Below, one piece after another: positions 27,366-27,366 of a stretch of 27,366 bases of DNA. The notes under the pieces were generated by a model. It worked only from the letters and a program-made list of their open reading frames with translations. It did no database searches and was not told the origin of the DNA. Made by a program: the position numbers and the translations under genes. Every line of letters begins with the position of its first letter. Positions within the stretch are counted from its first letter, which is position 1. Source of the stretch: a virus (lineage: Duplodnaviria; Caudoviricetes); IMG/VR virus record IMGVR_UViG_3300038315_000197, positions 1 through 27,366 of that record. The stretch is one strand, 5' to 3'.

Positions 27366-27366
27366 T

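Overview
A 27.4-kb fragment of a tailed dsDNA phage genome with podovirus-type morphogenesis genes, arranged as two convergent arms. The + arm (1-4611) holds DNA-metabolism genes: SSB C-terminus, class II (B12-dependent) ribonucleotide reductase, an internally deleted C5-cytosine methyltransferase with an overlapping alternative-frame partner ORF, a PD-(D/E)XK-like protein, small Cys-rich proteins and a metallophosphoesterase. The - arm (27324-4592) is the virion module: scaffold, major capsid, decoration protein, a GT9 glycosyltransferase, adaptor, tail nozzle, GNAT protein, several ejection proteins and a 3395-aa Cys-free polyvalent protein (zincin motif plus LPD38-like C-terminus). Four things stand out. 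(1) The capsid gene has an in-frame TAG at codon 29, and all five TAG-ending late genes are followed in frame by the next ATG. (2) The nozzle gene is split in two by an inserted C1q/TNF-like gene flanked by an 11-bp direct repeat. (3) The methyltransferase keeps its SAM-binding motifs and dual-frame layout but lacks the catalytic core. (4) A glycosyltransferase sits inside the head module. Family assignments come from motif recognition only; no database searches were run.
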